A stretch of DNA of 64,000 nucleotides from Fimbriimonadales bacterium. Its GTDB lineage: Bacteria > Armatimonadota > Fimbriimonadia > Fimbriimonadales > ATM1. Below the pieces are notes generated by a model. The model searched no databases, was not told the DNA's origin, and worked only from the letters and a program-made list of their open reading frames with translations. The position numbers and the translations under genes were made by a program. This document shows positions 40,288-50,172 of this stretch, one piece after another. Numbering within the stretch: the first letter of the stretch is position 1; each line of letters opens with the position of its first letter. The stretch spans positions 32,001 through 96,000 of the forward strand of contig JBGTLG010000006.1 in assembly GCA_041744215.1 (NCBI GenBank), given 5' to 3'.

Positions 40288-41793
40288 ATGAACACCGGCG
40301 CACAGTCACTCATCAAGGCTATTGAGGGCATGGCTCCGGAGGAGGATCCCCAAACTATGGCGAATGGCAAGTTCGATGCGGATGTAGTTGTGATTGGCGC
40401 TGGACCTGGCGGGTATGTAGCGGCCATCAAGGCGGCACAACTTGGTGCGAGCGTGATTTGTGTCGAGAAAGAATATCTCGGCGGCACTTGTCTCAACGTC
40501 GGCTGTATTCCTTCGAAGGTCTGGCTCGCCAGCGTCGAGAGATATCAGCACGTCTTGCATGCGAAAGACCTTGGCGTAGTCGTCGAAGGCAAAGTCAAGC
40601 CCGATCACGAAGCGATGCTTGCGCGCGTCGAAAAGATTGTCAAAACGCAGCGCGGCGGCGTGGATATGCTATTCAAAAAGAACGGCGTCAAGCACGTCTC
40701 TGGATTTGCGTCGTTTGTTGACGCGCACACCATCGAAGTCGAAAAGGACGGCAAGAAAGAGAAGATCACGGGGAAGACATTTATTGTCGCTGGCGGATCG
40801 AGCGTCATGGAGCTCGACATTCCTGGTCTTAAGTACGGGAAGGAAAACAATGTTTGGACCAGCGATGACGCGGTGTTTATGCCGCGCGTTCCAGAAAGCG
40901 TTTTGGTAATCGGTGGTGGCGCAGTCGGTGTCGAGTTCGCTTATGTTCTCGGCGGGTTAGGAGCCAAAACCACAGTTGTAGAGATGATGCCGCACCTCAT
41001 CCCTATGTTTGAGGAAGAGTTGGGAGTTGAGCTCGCTAAATCTTTCAAGAAGCTCGGGGTCGACGTTTTGACTGGCGCGATGATGGAGAAAGCAGAGAGA
41101 ACGAAAAAGGGATGGAAGTGCACCGTCAAAACGCCCGCAGGATCGCAAGAAATTGAGGCAGAGATTGTGCTCGTCGGTGTCGGTCGAAAAGCGAACGTCG
41201 ATGGCTTGAAGCTCGACAAAGCGGGCGTCAAAACGCACAAACGGGGAATCGAAGTGCTTGCAGAAGCGGATGGCCGCAGCGAGATGCGCACTCATACCAA
41301 ACACATCTTTGCAGTCGGCGACGTGATCGGCAAGATTCAACTCGCACACGTCGCGAGCATGGAGGGAATCGTCGCGGCGCACAACGCGGTTCAAAACGGA
41401 AACAAGCTGATGGATTACAAAGCAGTCCCGAACTGCGTTTACACTGTTCCAGAAGTCGCGAGTGTCGGCATGACGCAGCGCGAAGCCGAGTCCGCCGGAT
41501 ACGAAGTGACGACAGGCAAATACATGTTCCGCGCAAACGGAAAAGCGATGGCCATCGCTGAGCAGGACGGCTTCGTCAAAGTCGTCGCAGAAAAAAGATA
41601 CGGCGAAGTCTTGGGAATGCACATCATCGGCCCGCATGCGACGGATTTAATCCACGAGGGCGTCGCGGCGATCAAGCTCGAGGGCACGCTCGACTATATG
41701 TGCGACATGATTCACGCGCACCCGACGCTCGCGGAGCCGATTCTCGAAGCATACGAACAGGCCGCCCACGGCAAAGGCGTACACTCTCTGTAG
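40288..41793 (+). CDS. lpdA: Dihydrolipoyl dehydrogenase
   Basis: GAGPGGY, GGTCLNVGCIPSK, GGGAVGVE, HAHPTLAE; start 40288 or 40357. Confidence 0.95.
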   Translation: MNTGAQSLIKAIEGMAPEEDPQTMANGKFDADVVVIGAGPGGYVAAIKAAQLGASVICVEKEYLGGTCLNVGCIPSKVWLASVERYQHVLHAKDLGVVVEGKVKPDHEAMLARVEKIVKTQRGGVDMLFKKNGVKHVSGFASFVDAHTIEVEKDGKKEKITGKTFIVAGGSSVMELDIPGLKYGKENNVWTSDDAVFMPRVPESVLVIGGGAVGVEFAYVLGGLGAKTTVVEMMPHLIPMFEEELGVELAKSFKKLGVDVLTGAMMEKAERTKKGWKCTVKTPAGSQEIEAEIVLVGVGRKANVDGLKLDKAGVKTHKRGIEVLAEADGRSEMRTHTKHIFAVGDVIGKIQLAHVASMEGIVAAHNAVQNGNKLMDYKAVPNCVYTVPEVASVGMTQREAESAGYEVTTGKYMFRANGKAMAIAEQDGFVKVVAEKRYGEVLGMHIIGPHATDLIHEGVAAIKLEGTLDYMCDMIHAHPTLAEPILEAYEQAAHGKGVHSL

Positions 41794-41862
41794 GTTTCTA
41801 CGAGATGTGCGACCGCGAGTGCAGTTTCAGACGTCATCGTAAATCCATAAGGAGAACGTTAA

Positions 41863-42213
41863 CTATGGTGTTAAGAGGCAAATCGCAAGTGCAAAGTAAT
41901 CGGTCATGATTTCGAATTGTTCGCTAACGTTCGTCAGTGACCAGACCGCAACTCCGAAAGCCGTCGCCGCCCCAGCGCTAATCCAGAAGCCGATAGTAAG
42001 GATCGGATAGTGCCGCCGGGCATGCTCATCCTCATCGAGAGGTCCGGAGATCGCCAAAAAAGCAAGCACGCACACGATCATTATCGCTTGAAAGCACGCG
42101 CTCAGGAATCCGATCGCCAAAACATCTGGCCACCCGACCACGGCGGCGAATAAAGATGTTAGACCGAAAGATGCCGCGAGCACCCAAAGCGCAGAGGTTC
42201 GTGTGAACTTCAC
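41863..42213 (-). CDS. Small hypothetical membrane protein
   Basis: Three hydrophobic segments; fills the gap after yjbQ. Confidence 0.45.
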   Translation of the reverse strand: MKFTRTSALWVLAASFGLTSLFAAVVGWPDVLAIGFLSACFQAIMIVCVLAFLAISGPLDEDEHARRHYPILTIGFWISAGAATAFGVAVWSLTNVSEQFEIMTDYFALAICLLTP

Positions 42214-42273
42214 GACTGGTAATGCAGTTACGACTTCGAGCGGAAGCCGGTGGCAGAAGTGTTGGCAGCGTGG

Positions 42274-42684
42274 CTAATCCCCAATCACCTTCACAACCAC
42301 CCGCTTCCTGCGCTTGCCGTCGAACTCCGCGTAAAACACCTGCTGCCAAGGGCCCAAATCGAGCTTTCCATTCGTAATCGGAAGAATCACTTGGTGATGC
42401 ATGATCAGGTTTTTCAGGTGCGCTTCGCCGTTGTCTTCGCCCGTGCGATGATGCCGGTAATCTTTCTTCGGCGCGAGCCCATCGAGCCACTCCTTGATAT
42501 CCTCGATCAAACCGCTTTCCCAATCGTTCACATACACAGCAGCAGTGATGTGCATCGCTGAGACCAAACAAATGCCCTCTTTCACGCCGCTTTTCGCAAC
42601 GGCGCTTTCGACTTCGTCGGTAATGCGCACGAACTCTTCGCGCTTCTTCGTTTCGAACCAGAGATACTCGGTCTGTGATTTCAC
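42274..42684 (-). CDS. yjbQ: YjbQ (UPF0047) family protein
   Basis: [28 protein letters not shown]. Confidence 0.9.
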   Translation of the reverse strand: MKSQTEYLWFETKKREEFVRITDEVESAVAKSGVKEGICLVSAMHITAAVYVNDWESGLIEDIKEWLDGLAPKKDYRHHRTGEDNGEAHLKNLIMHHQVILPITNGKLDLGPWQQVFYAEFDGKRRKRVVVKVIGD

Positions 42685-42693
42685 GCTTAGATA

Positions 42694-43542
42694 CTACACC
42701 GCAACGTTGTCGATTAGCCGAATTCCGCCGATATGCGCCGCAGCCAAAACCCGCGCCCCAGGCAAAAACTCGTCCAGAGGGTCCAGTGTCGCGCCGTCAA
42801 CGATCGCCACGTAATCCACTTTTGCAAACCCCGCGTCGAGCATCGCTTGCGCCGCGTCGGTTTCGCAAATCCTCGCAGGGCGTCCGTCCTTAAACGAAAC
42901 GGCAGCCTGCGAAATGGCGCGATACAACGCAGGTACCTTCAGTCGAACTTCGGGCCGCAATAGCGCGTTTCGCGACGACATCGCCACACCGTCTTCTTCG
43001 CGGAGAGTCTCGCCGAACTTCAGATAAACCGGAAAATCTAAATCGTCCACCATCTTCGCAACAACGCGGCATTGTTGCCAATCCTTCTCTCCGAAATAGG
43101 CGTAATCAGGGATGACCATGTGAAACAACTTCGCGACGACAGTCGCAACTCCGTCGAAATGCCCCGGTCTATGCTCACCCTCCCATCGCTCCGAAACGCC
43201 AGGCACATGGATGCGCGTCGCATTCAGTCCTTCCGGATAGACGACTTCCAGCGGTGGAGCGAAAACTACATCGCATCCCGCTTGCTTCGCGATCTTCTTG
43301 TCGCGCACTTCGTCGCGCGGATACTTTTCCAAATCACTCGGATCGTTGAATTGTGTCGGATTGACAAAGAGCGACATGACGACGGTTCCAGTCGGCTTGT
43401 CCGAGTCACGGTCTTTCGCCGCCATACGGATCAAGCTTGCGTGCCCCTCGTGCAAAAAGCCCATCGTCGGCACGAGAAAGACGGGCCCCTTGTTTCTAAG
43501 CACAGCCTTTGAAAGGTCGTCCGCCGTTCTGACGACATTCAT
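42694..43542 (-). CDS. panC: Pantoate-beta-alanine ligase
   Basis: VPTMGFLHEGH, FVNPTQF, RPGHFDGV, FGEKD.QQ, AMSSRN, RLIDN. Confidence 0.97.
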   Translation of the reverse strand: MNVVRTADDLSKAVLRNKGPVFLVPTMGFLHEGHASLIRMAAKDRDSDKPTGTVVMSLFVNPTQFNDPSDLEKYPRDEVRDKKIAKQAGCDVVFAPPLEVVYPEGLNATRIHVPGVSERWEGEHRPGHFDGVATVVAKLFHMVIPDYAYFGEKDWQQCRVVAKMVDDLDFPVYLKFGETLREEDGVAMSSRNALLRPEVRLKVPALYRAISQAAVSFKDGRPARICETDAAQAMLDAGFAKVDYVAIVDGATLDPLDEFLPGARVLAAAHIGGIRLIDNVAV

Positions 43543-44328
43543 TTAGAAGCTGTTGTCCTTCGTCGGAAACGTGCCATCGCGCACTTCCTTCGCGTACTCG
43601 ACGGCGGCGAGAGTCATCGCCTCGTAGGCGTTCAAGAATCTGCGCGAATGTTTGTACGGTTCGCCCGGATGCAATCCCATAATGTCGTGAAAGACTTGCA
43701 CCTCTCCGTCGCAATCCGGTCCAGCGCCGATTCCGATCGTGGGAATGGGCACCTCTCTCGTGATTCGGTCGGCGACAACGGCGGGAACCATCTCCAAGAC
43801 AATCGAGAATGCGCCGGAGTCCGCAATTCGTTGCGCGGATTCCAAAACTTCGTCTGCCTGTTTCCCGCGACCCTGAACGCGAAATCCTCCAAAAGCGTTG
43901 ACGCTTTGCGGAGTCATGCCAACGTGCCCCATTACCGGTATGCCGGCTTTGACAAGGGCAGCGATTGCATCGAGATGCGCGCCCTCCAGCTTGACCGCTT
44001 CCGCGCCAGATTTGACGAGCGCGATTCCCGAACGCACCGCGTCTTCGACGCTGGCTTGATAAGAACCGAAAGGCATATCTGCGACCAAAAGTGCATGTTC
44101 GCACCCAGTTGATGCTGCGCGTGTGTGATGAACCATTTCCTCCAATGAAACTGGCAGCGTGTTGTCGTATCCCAAAACGACATTGCCGACAGAATCGCCT
44201 ACCAAGATGAGATCGACTCCAGCGGCGTCGGCAATTCGCGCGCTTGGCTGATCGTAAGCGGTCAGGCAAACGATCCTTTGCTTGCCCTTCATAGCGCGTA
44301 TCTTGGGCGCGGTCAACTTCTCCGACAT
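43543..44328 (-). CDS. panB: 3-methyl-2-oxobutanoate hydroxymethyltransferase
   Basis: LTAYD, LVGDS, ADMPFGSY, VKLEG, IPTIGIGAG. Confidence 0.97.
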   Translation of the reverse strand: MSEKLTAPKIRAMKGKQRIVCLTAYDQPSARIADAAGVDLILVGDSVGNVVLGYDNTLPVSLEEMVHHTRAASTGCEHALLVADMPFGSYQASVEDAVRSGIALVKSGAEAVKLEGAHLDAIAALVKAGIPVMGHVGMTPQSVNAFGGFRVQGRGKQADEVLESAQRIADSGAFSIVLEMVPAVVADRITREVPIPTIGIGAGPDCDGEVQVFHDIMGLHPGEPYKHSRRFLNAYEAMTLAAVEYAKEVRDGTFPTKDNSF

Positions 44329-44343
44329 CAGAATCGCAGTTTA

Positions 44344-44724
44344 CTACGTGACGACGGCATCTGCCTCGATCTCGACGAGCCAGTCGTCGCGGAGCAACTT
44401 GCATACGACCATTGTCGAGGCGGGGCGAATCTCACTAAAGACCTCGCCGTGCGCTCTTGCGACGCCCTCATAAGCGGAAGGATCGGAGATGTAAACGCGC
44501 GTCCGAACGACGTCTGTCAGCTTCGCTCCGGCCGCCTGCAGCGCGCGCTCGATGATCTCGAGACATTGCTTTGCCTGGCGATACGAATCTCCGGAATAGG
44601 CAGTCGATCCATCTTCGGAAAGGGGCGCGGTACCGGAGACATAGACGCGATCATTGACGCGCACGGCTCGCGAAAACCCAACTGACTTCTCGAATGGGGA
44701 GGACCCGCTGATGTTGTCTCTCAC
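44344..44724 (-). CDS. RidA family protein
   Basis: FEKSVGFSRAV, DVVRTR, IRPASTMV, LVEIEA. Confidence 0.9.
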   Translation of the reverse strand: MRDNISGSSPFEKSVGFSRAVRVNDRVYVSGTAPLSEDGSTAYSGDSYRQAKQCLEIIERALQAAGAKLTDVVRTRVYISDPSAYEGVARAHGEVFSEIRPASTMVVCKLLRDDWLVEIEADAVVT

Positions 44725-46706
44725 TGAGATTCACCAATAAGGAAGTAATCGATTCCGAACATATGCCTTCGCTCCGCTCGTTCGTTCGCGCCCACGACCC
44801 GCGCCTCCAGCGTGTTCGTCGACTTGATCTCTACGATCCCGAAATCGATCTTGCGTAGGCCGAGCACCGGAGAAAAGAAGTCGATCGTTTCGCCCAACTT
44901 CTCTCCATTCCAGAATAGTTGAACGATTCCGTAGTCCGCGGCTTCCGTGAAGTTGCCAATCAAGCGCAACGCTCCGGACTTCTCGCTCAAGACTTCCCAC
45001 ATTGCGCTATCGCCTGGTGAAGCGTCACGCCACCACACCTGTTCTTCGCAAGACCATTTATCATCGAGCGCTTGCCGTTGAATGGTTCCTCCTGAATGAT
45101 CGATTAGGCGCAAGCTTTCGCCTTCGATCGCACCTTTCACGCCATAGCTCGGCAGCTGGTGAATCGCCAAGTCCTTTTCCCCAATTGCTTCGAAACGATC
45201 AGTCGATCCTGGCCTCGCGTACCAATAAGCAACAGAAGCAAAATCTGCGGTCACGTCCGCCCAGTGCCAAATCTCCATGTCAAATCGCAGTGAAGATCGA
45301 AACGGTATGTCGTCAATGATGTGGAAGCGATTGTTCGATGTGTACCCGCGATTCGCGGGTCCGTCTGCTCGCGGTTGAGCGTGAAACGGCTGCGAAAACG
45401 TTTCATTCGATCCCCATGCATAGCCGAAGTAGTCTTCCGTACCCGTTCCGAATGTCGACGGAAACGACTCGCCGTCGACATAGATCTTCTCATCGCCTTC
45501 GCCCCACCAGATTCTTGTCGGGTTCACAACGTAGAGGGCGCATCCAACGAACCGGCCTTCACCAGCCACAGACAAAATGCTCCAGTCCTTCATAGGACGG
45601 GTGCGCATCGTCTCTCTGCGCCACTTTGCATGGAAGTGCAAGGACGTGTCAGTCCAAGGTTCCGACATCCATCGCAGGTTGATCTCGATCCGGACACTGT
45701 GCTCGGCATGATTGGTGAAAGTAAATTGTCCAGATTCGCGTTGCGGCATTCTCCAATAAGACCGCATCTCTTCAAGTTCTGTATCCATTCCGAGCGGCAG
45801 CGTCTTGTAGCCCGACAACCCTGGCGCGCTGCCAAAGTAGTCTCCCACGGGACACGAGATGGTCTTCCTTTCGTCAAAGGTCGCTTCAAACAGCACCATG
45901 CGCAACGTTTCCTCGTCGCTGCGTGCAGGCCCTCGCACCTTCATGCGCAACTCGACGACCGAACCATTTCCTTCGGGCAGCTTGTAATCAAAGCGCTCGC
46001 CTGGCTCTATGAAAAACGTCGCCCCAAAAGTCTGCGACAGCCGGTCGACCTGCTCTTCGGGATCAAACAGCATTCTGCGAAGGCGTTCAAGCGGCAAACT
46101 CAGAAAGTCTTGAGCTGAAAACGTCCGTACTTCTGTTCCCGGTTCGTAGGTTCGGAAGTTGATGTGGTAGTAGAGCCTGTCGGGATTTCCACCGCTTGAA
46201 TCGTCAACCGTGATTTTCAAGCTCCTTGAGTAGGGAAACGGAAAGTAGAGGTTTGCACCAGACGCCGCGACATAGCTGAGCTCTTGGGGCAGCAAAGAAG
46301 ACTCCCCGGTTACAAGTTCGTTGAGCGCGACAGCTACTCTCGCTTCTGCCTCGCCATCGAAATAGAATCGAATTACTCCTTGCGGGTTTGCGCTCCAGAT
46401 CCGAACCACCGCGCCCGGCCCTGTGAGGTCGGCCATGACCCACTCGCTGCGCCCGTCCGTTACTTCCTTTCGAATGTACTGGCCGAAGTCGCTGTTTGCG
46501 AACCAGTTTTCTCCCGGTGACTTTGAAGCCCGGTCGAAGCTGCTTGCCTGACTGGCCGTGTATCTCGGGCCACCTATGGTTGAGAGCCTGCGCAGATCAT
46601 ACAGCTCCCCGAGTAGCGACTCAGTCGTGATGGGCGCAGCGACAGCAGGCAGAGCAGCTCCAAGCGAAATGAGTATCGAGATAGGTTCTTTCAAGAGATT
46701 TTTCAT
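44721..46706 (-). CDS. DUF2961 / GH172-like glycoside hydrolase, secreted
   Basis: GPGAVVRIW, WWGEGDEKIYVDGE, FGTGTEDYFG; ATG 46706 with signal peptide. Confidence 0.85.
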   Translation of the reverse strand: MKNLLKEPISILISLGAALPAVAAPITTESLLGELYDLRRLSTIGGPRYTASQASSFDRASKSPGENWFANSDFGQYIRKEVTDGRSEWVMADLTGPGAVVRIWSANPQGVIRFYFDGEAEARVAVALNELVTGESSLLPQELSYVAASGANLYFPFPYSRSLKITVDDSSGGNPDRLYYHINFRTYEPGTEVRTFSAQDFLSLPLERLRRMLFDPEEQVDRLSQTFGATFFIEPGERFDYKLPEGNGSVVELRMKVRGPARSDEETLRMVLFEATFDERKTISCPVGDYFGSAPGLSGYKTLPLGMDTELEEMRSYWRMPQRESGQFTFTNHAEHSVRIEINLRWMSEPWTDTSLHFHAKWRRETMRTRPMKDWSILSVAGEGRFVGCALYVVNPTRIWWGEGDEKIYVDGESFPSTFGTGTEDYFGYAWGSNETFSQPFHAQPRADGPANRGYTSNNRFHIIDDIPFRSSLRFDMEIWHWADVTADFASVAYWYARPGSTDRFEAIGEKDLAIHQLPSYGVKGAIEGESLRLIDHSGGTIQRQALDDKWSCEEQVWWRDASPGDSAMWEVLSEKSGALRLIGNFTEAADYGIVQLFWNGEKLGETIDFFSPVLGLRKIDFGIVEIKSTNTLEARVVGANERAERRHMFGIDYFLIGESQ

Positions 46707-46715
46707 GACAGGCGA

Positions 46716-46743
46716 TTGATCCGGATTAGGTATCCAGTATAAT
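46716..46743 (+). promoter_or_regulatory. Sigma70-type promoter for the riboswitch leader
   Basis: TTGATC-N16-TATAAT immediately upstream of the aptamer. Confidence 0.65.
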
Positions 46744-46752
46744 GGTTGTCTA

Positions 46753-46856
46753 GCCGAATCAGGCCGCTCGGCCTGGGCGGGGGACCCACAAAATGGGGTG
46801 AATCCGGAAACGGAAGGGTAGCTCTTGGCCCTAACCCGACAGCTAACCCCGTAGGC
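46753..46856 (+). ncRNA. c-di-AMP (ydaO/yuaA) riboswitch
   Basis: GCCGAATC...CGGGGGACCCA...TGGGGTGAATC...AGGG...CCCTAACCCGACAGCTAACCCCGTAGGC matches the ydaO consensus elements in order. Confidence 0.92.
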
Positions 46857-46981
46857 GAATCGAGAGTGTCGATACAAGCACAACGCCGTGCTGTTGAAGG
46901 CGCTCCATGACAGAGGCTGGTAGAAATACGTGGCCTATACTGGACTAAACAGTCCAAAACTAGTAACGTGGAGGTCTGACA

Positions 46982-47299
46982 ATGCTGACTGAATTCGACG
47001 TTAGGCGAGAAATGAGTGCCATTGAGCGCGCAGCGATGCATCCGCTTCGCAAGGCGCGTCGTTTGGTGAACATTGCGCGCCAGGCACGCCGAGAAGCGCG
47101 GATGCTCAGGCAAGGCGCGGAAATCCTTGCGCAAGACTGCAAGGACGAAGAGGCCGGCCGTGTCCGTCGCGCCGTTCAGAAGCTCTTGGACCTCAATCGC
47201 GAGGTCATGGACCGAGCGAGAAGGATCCTGTCCGGAACCGACGATAGGTCTTCCGGACCAGACGCGGCAGGGCCACCCAAATCTCAGTCATCAAGCTGA
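46982..47299 (+). CDS. Small basic helical hypothetical protein downstream of the riboswitch
   Basis: GGAGG RBS, 105 aa, Arg/Ala-rich amphipathic helices. Confidence 0.7.
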   Translation: MLTEFDVRREMSAIERAAMHPLRKARRLVNIARQARREARMLRQGAEILAQDCKDEEAGRVRRAVQKLLDLNREVMDRARRILSGTDDRSSGPDAAGPPKSQSSS

Positions 47300-47369
47300 G
47301 GGGCGTGGCTCACTTCTCGGCGGCTCCACGCAATGGAGCACGGGGCCGCCGGCACCTCTTGGGCAGATA

Positions 47370-47405
47370 GAAAAAGGCTCTTTGCCAATGGCAAAGAGCC
47401 TTTTC
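47370..47405. terminator. Bidirectional rho-independent terminator
   Basis: GAAAAAGGCTCTTTGCC-AAT-GGCAAAGAGCCTTTTC between convergent genes. Confidence 0.85.
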
Positions 47406-47431
47406 GTTTCGAGATTGGATGTGCCGCTGGC

Positions 47432-48118
47432 TTAGCCGATGCCGCCGCCTCGCCCTTGCTGCGGGAACGTGAATGGCTTGCCAAGCATGGCTTCCCATGT
47501 GGCTTTCTGGTCGGCGTTCAGCACGCCAAGGACCTTCTTGTCGGTCTCGGCTCGCATGGCTTGCATCTGTTGTTGCATCGCAGCGCGATCGCCGCCACCG
47601 CCGCCACCCTGCATCATTCCGCGCATCGCTTCTTGCTGAGCTTGCTGGATCTGGCGGATCTGCTGGATTTGAGCCTCGCTGAGGCCAACTTTTTCAGCGA
47701 TCTCAGGTCGGGCTAAGGCAGACGGGCCTTGCTGCTGCAGGACCAACTGCTGATACCTGGTGTATTGCTCTTCGTTGAGAACCCTTTTGATTTCAGCTTC
47801 AAGCTTTTCGCGCTGGGCCCGCGCAGCTTCAGGGTCGAAGGCCTGTCCGCCGCCTGCACCGCCGCGTCCGCCCATCTGAGACCGGTTCGCTTCAAGGAGC
47901 GCCTGGATCTGAATCTTCTGGGAGTCGATGAGCTTGAGTTCAGTTTGAACTGCAGGCAGTGAGAGCATTTGAGGGCCGCCCATTCCGCCACCCATTCGCT
48001 GGCCGAAACCGCCTTGGCCACCGCCACCCTGCCGCTGACCGCCCTGCCCACCTTGGGCGAACGCGATCGAGAAGCAGGCAACAGCAACAACGATCGTCGA
48101 TAGAATTCGAGTGTTCAC
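47432..48118 (-). CDS. Secreted Gly/Gln-rich helical protein (Spy/CpxP LTXXQ-like)
   Basis: Signal peptide; LIDSQK, VLNEEQ, LSEAQ, VLNADQK repeats; ends GKPFTF. Confidence 0.75.
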   Translation of the reverse strand: MNTRILSTIVVAVACFSIAFAQGGQGGQRQGGGGQGGFGQRMGGGMGGPQMLSLPAVQTELKLIDSQKIQIQALLEANRSQMGGRGGAGGGQAFDPEAARAQREKLEAEIKRVLNEEQYTRYQQLVLQQQGPSALARPEIAEKVGLSEAQIQQIRQIQQAQQEAMRGMMQGGGGGGDRAAMQQQMQAMRAETDKKVLGVLNADQKATWEAMLGKPFTFPQQGRGGGIG

Positions 48119-48158
48119 TATGTTTACCTCCGGTGCCTAACGGCACTTGTGGAAGGAA

Positions 48159-48183
48159 TACGTGGCCAAGATTCGAAAGTTCA
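48159..48183 (-). promoter_or_regulatory. Putative ECF sigma promoter (TGAAC-N16-CGTA)
   Basis: TGAACTTTCGAATCTTGGCCACGTA on minus strand upstream of the 48118 start. Confidence 0.5.
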
Positions 48184-48229
48184 CCCACCATGATCGAAAA
48201 TGTTGGAGTCTCCAGTCGTCAAACACTGA

Positions 48230-50125
48230 GTGGAGATCATCGACTACCCGATCCCAACCGTGGCGACTCAGGACGCGTTTTGCCATCCTAAACTAAACTC
48301 TCCGCTCAGGGCGGTAGACCGGCTTCGGGCGTCCGGTGATCGACTCGTCGCGGGAGGTCGCGACGTCCCGCTCTTTGGGGTGAATCTCGGGGTGATCTTA
48401 ACCGACGAGGGAGCGTTCGAGTTCTTGGCTGGTATGGGGGTCAACTTCGTCCGAATCACGGCCCCGTACCGCGAGTGGACGCAGGAGGGAAATGTCCGGG
48501 TGTTCGATCGCACTCCGCTCGACCCGCCCCAAAGCGACCTGGAAGCACTGAACAAAATGCAGTCCCTCTGCGAGAAGCACGGCATCTACATGATGATCAC
48601 CGACTTCAATCGTGGAATCGGCCGAGATCGGGTGACCGATGTGGATTCTCGGGCGTTCCAAGGCTTCGCTGCGGACTCTTCTCCCCTCGGCTTATGGCAT
48701 CCAGAAGTTCGCGCAGCCGTCATCGAGCGTATCCGGCGGCTACTACGAACGACGAATCCGCACACGAGCCGTGCTTTCGGAGCATCGCCGTCGCTCTTCG
48801 CGATTCAGCCGGTAAACGAGGTGATGTGGTTTGTGAGTGATCTCGAGGTAGCCAACTCCCGCCTGTGGACCCGACTCGCATCTGCTCGCCCTGCGATCGT
48901 TGGCGCGCTCGGCGGACCCAATGCACTGCGCGCCTCTGCCCCGGCCGAGCGCTTCCGCACTCTCGCCCGCGCGACGAACGACGCCTACTCTTCCGTGAAG
49001 AGCGCGATTGTTTCCGAGTTAGGCGACAGCCGCCCACTTCTCGTTGCGGACATGGGCCCCTATGCTGGCGGAGCAGCGTTCGCCGCGTTCGCGTCATGCG
49101 ACGCTTACGGCCTGAACATCTATCCGGAAATCGGCGACCATGCGGACGTAAACGGCCCTATCAAGGCCGGCGATTTGCGGCCGGAGCAGAACCTCGATCG
49201 AATGCAGGCACGCCTGGGGGGAAAGCCAACCATCATCACCGAGGCTGGCGAGAAACTGTCTCCGGGAGGCAATGCTCGGCTCATCGCCGAGATCACCGTA
49301 AGGGCAGGAGTCGGTGGGTTTGCAGGAATTGCATTTCACCAAATGTATCGAGGCATTTATGGCGAGCACTCGGGAAAGCGCGAGCACCTCTCCTCACGCG
49401 CGCCGCTGACAAACTTCGAGCTGCACACCGATCCGGCAGCCCTCTGCGCTCTCCAGGCCTGCTCGATCATCCACCGCAAGAGGCTGATTCGAGGAGGAGA
49501 AAAGCGAGTTCGCATCGAGCGGACAGCCGACGAGTGGACAACTCAAACAGCGACGTTCGGATGGCAGCCCCACGATCTTCACCGACTTGCCGCAAAACTG
49601 TTCCCGAACGCTACTCGCGAACTGGGCGCCCCGGAAACAGCGATTGTCTTTGTGCCAGGTCCCGGAGCAACGGCTGAAATCGAGAGAAACAGGGACGCCG
49701 GGACGATCCAGCGTGGACACGTCCGGGTTGGTTTCGTGGAGATTGATTGGCACACCGACGCCCAACCGGAAAGGGACTGGCTTTTTATCAGGGTGCCGAT
49801 CTCGCCCAACCGTCGGCTCGTGGTGCTGGTTGGAAGGGCAAAGCCTGATCCCGCACAGCAGCGATTCAGTGGAGGGCGCGCGACTTTGTCGGGTCTTGTT
49901 CGCTACCCTTGGCCGGACCCGCGAACGGGGTACGGAGCGCGCCAACTCGTACGGCGGCCGGAGGGCCCCCAGATCTTCGTGGGGGGTCCAGTGTCCGTCG
50001 TCCAGCCTAACGGCCGCCGGGGAACCCGCGCATCGTTCGCTCAGTCTCCGGGTCATCTCCCAAAGAACGGCGTTCGCTTCATCGAGGAGTTGCCAGAGGC
50101 TCTCGTCCTACGGATCATGCAGTAA
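48230..50125 (+). CDS. Divergent clan GH-A (GH5-like) glycoside hydrolase-like protein
   Basis: FGVNL, GVNFVR, KHGIY, TNPHT, QPVNE acid/base, IITEAG nucleophile-like. Confidence 0.6.
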   Translation: MEIIDYPIPTVATQDAFCHPKLNSPLRAVDRLRASGDRLVAGGRDVPLFGVNLGVILTDEGAFEFLAGMGVNFVRITAPYREWTQEGNVRVFDRTPLDPPQSDLEALNKMQSLCEKHGIYMMITDFNRGIGRDRVTDVDSRAFQGFAADSSPLGLWHPEVRAAVIERIRRLLRTTNPHTSRAFGASPSLFAIQPVNEVMWFVSDLEVANSRLWTRLASARPAIVGALGGPNALRASAPAERFRTLARATNDAYSSVKSAIVSELGDSRPLLVADMGPYAGGAAFAAFASCDAYGLNIYPEIGDHADVNGPIKAGDLRPEQNLDRMQARLGGKPTIITEAGEKLSPGGNARLIAEITVRAGVGGFAGIAFHQMYRGIYGEHSGKREHLSSRAPLTNFELHTDPAALCALQACSIIHRKRLIRGGEKRVRIERTADEWTTQTATFGWQPHDLHRLAAKLFPNATRELGAPETAIVFVPGPGATAEIERNRDAGTIQRGHVRVGFVEIDWHTDAQPERDWLFIRVPISPNRRLVVLVGRAKPDPAQQRFSGGRATLSGLVRYPWPDPRTGYGARQLVRRPEGPQIFVGGPVSVVQPNGRRGTRASFAQSPGHLPKNGVRFIEELPEALVLRIMQ

Positions 50126-50172
50126 TCCGCAGGAAGGGAACTGCACTGTGCAACAATCGGTTTCCAAACGTG

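Noticed and set aside
40288-44724. Stand-alone lpdA, and panBC without panD
   Set aside because: Dispersed arrangements of these genes are common and not informative.
46707-46883. N-terminal extension of the DUF2961 ORF
   Set aside because: Overlaps the riboswitch and its promoter on the other strand; a signal peptide begins at ATG 46706.
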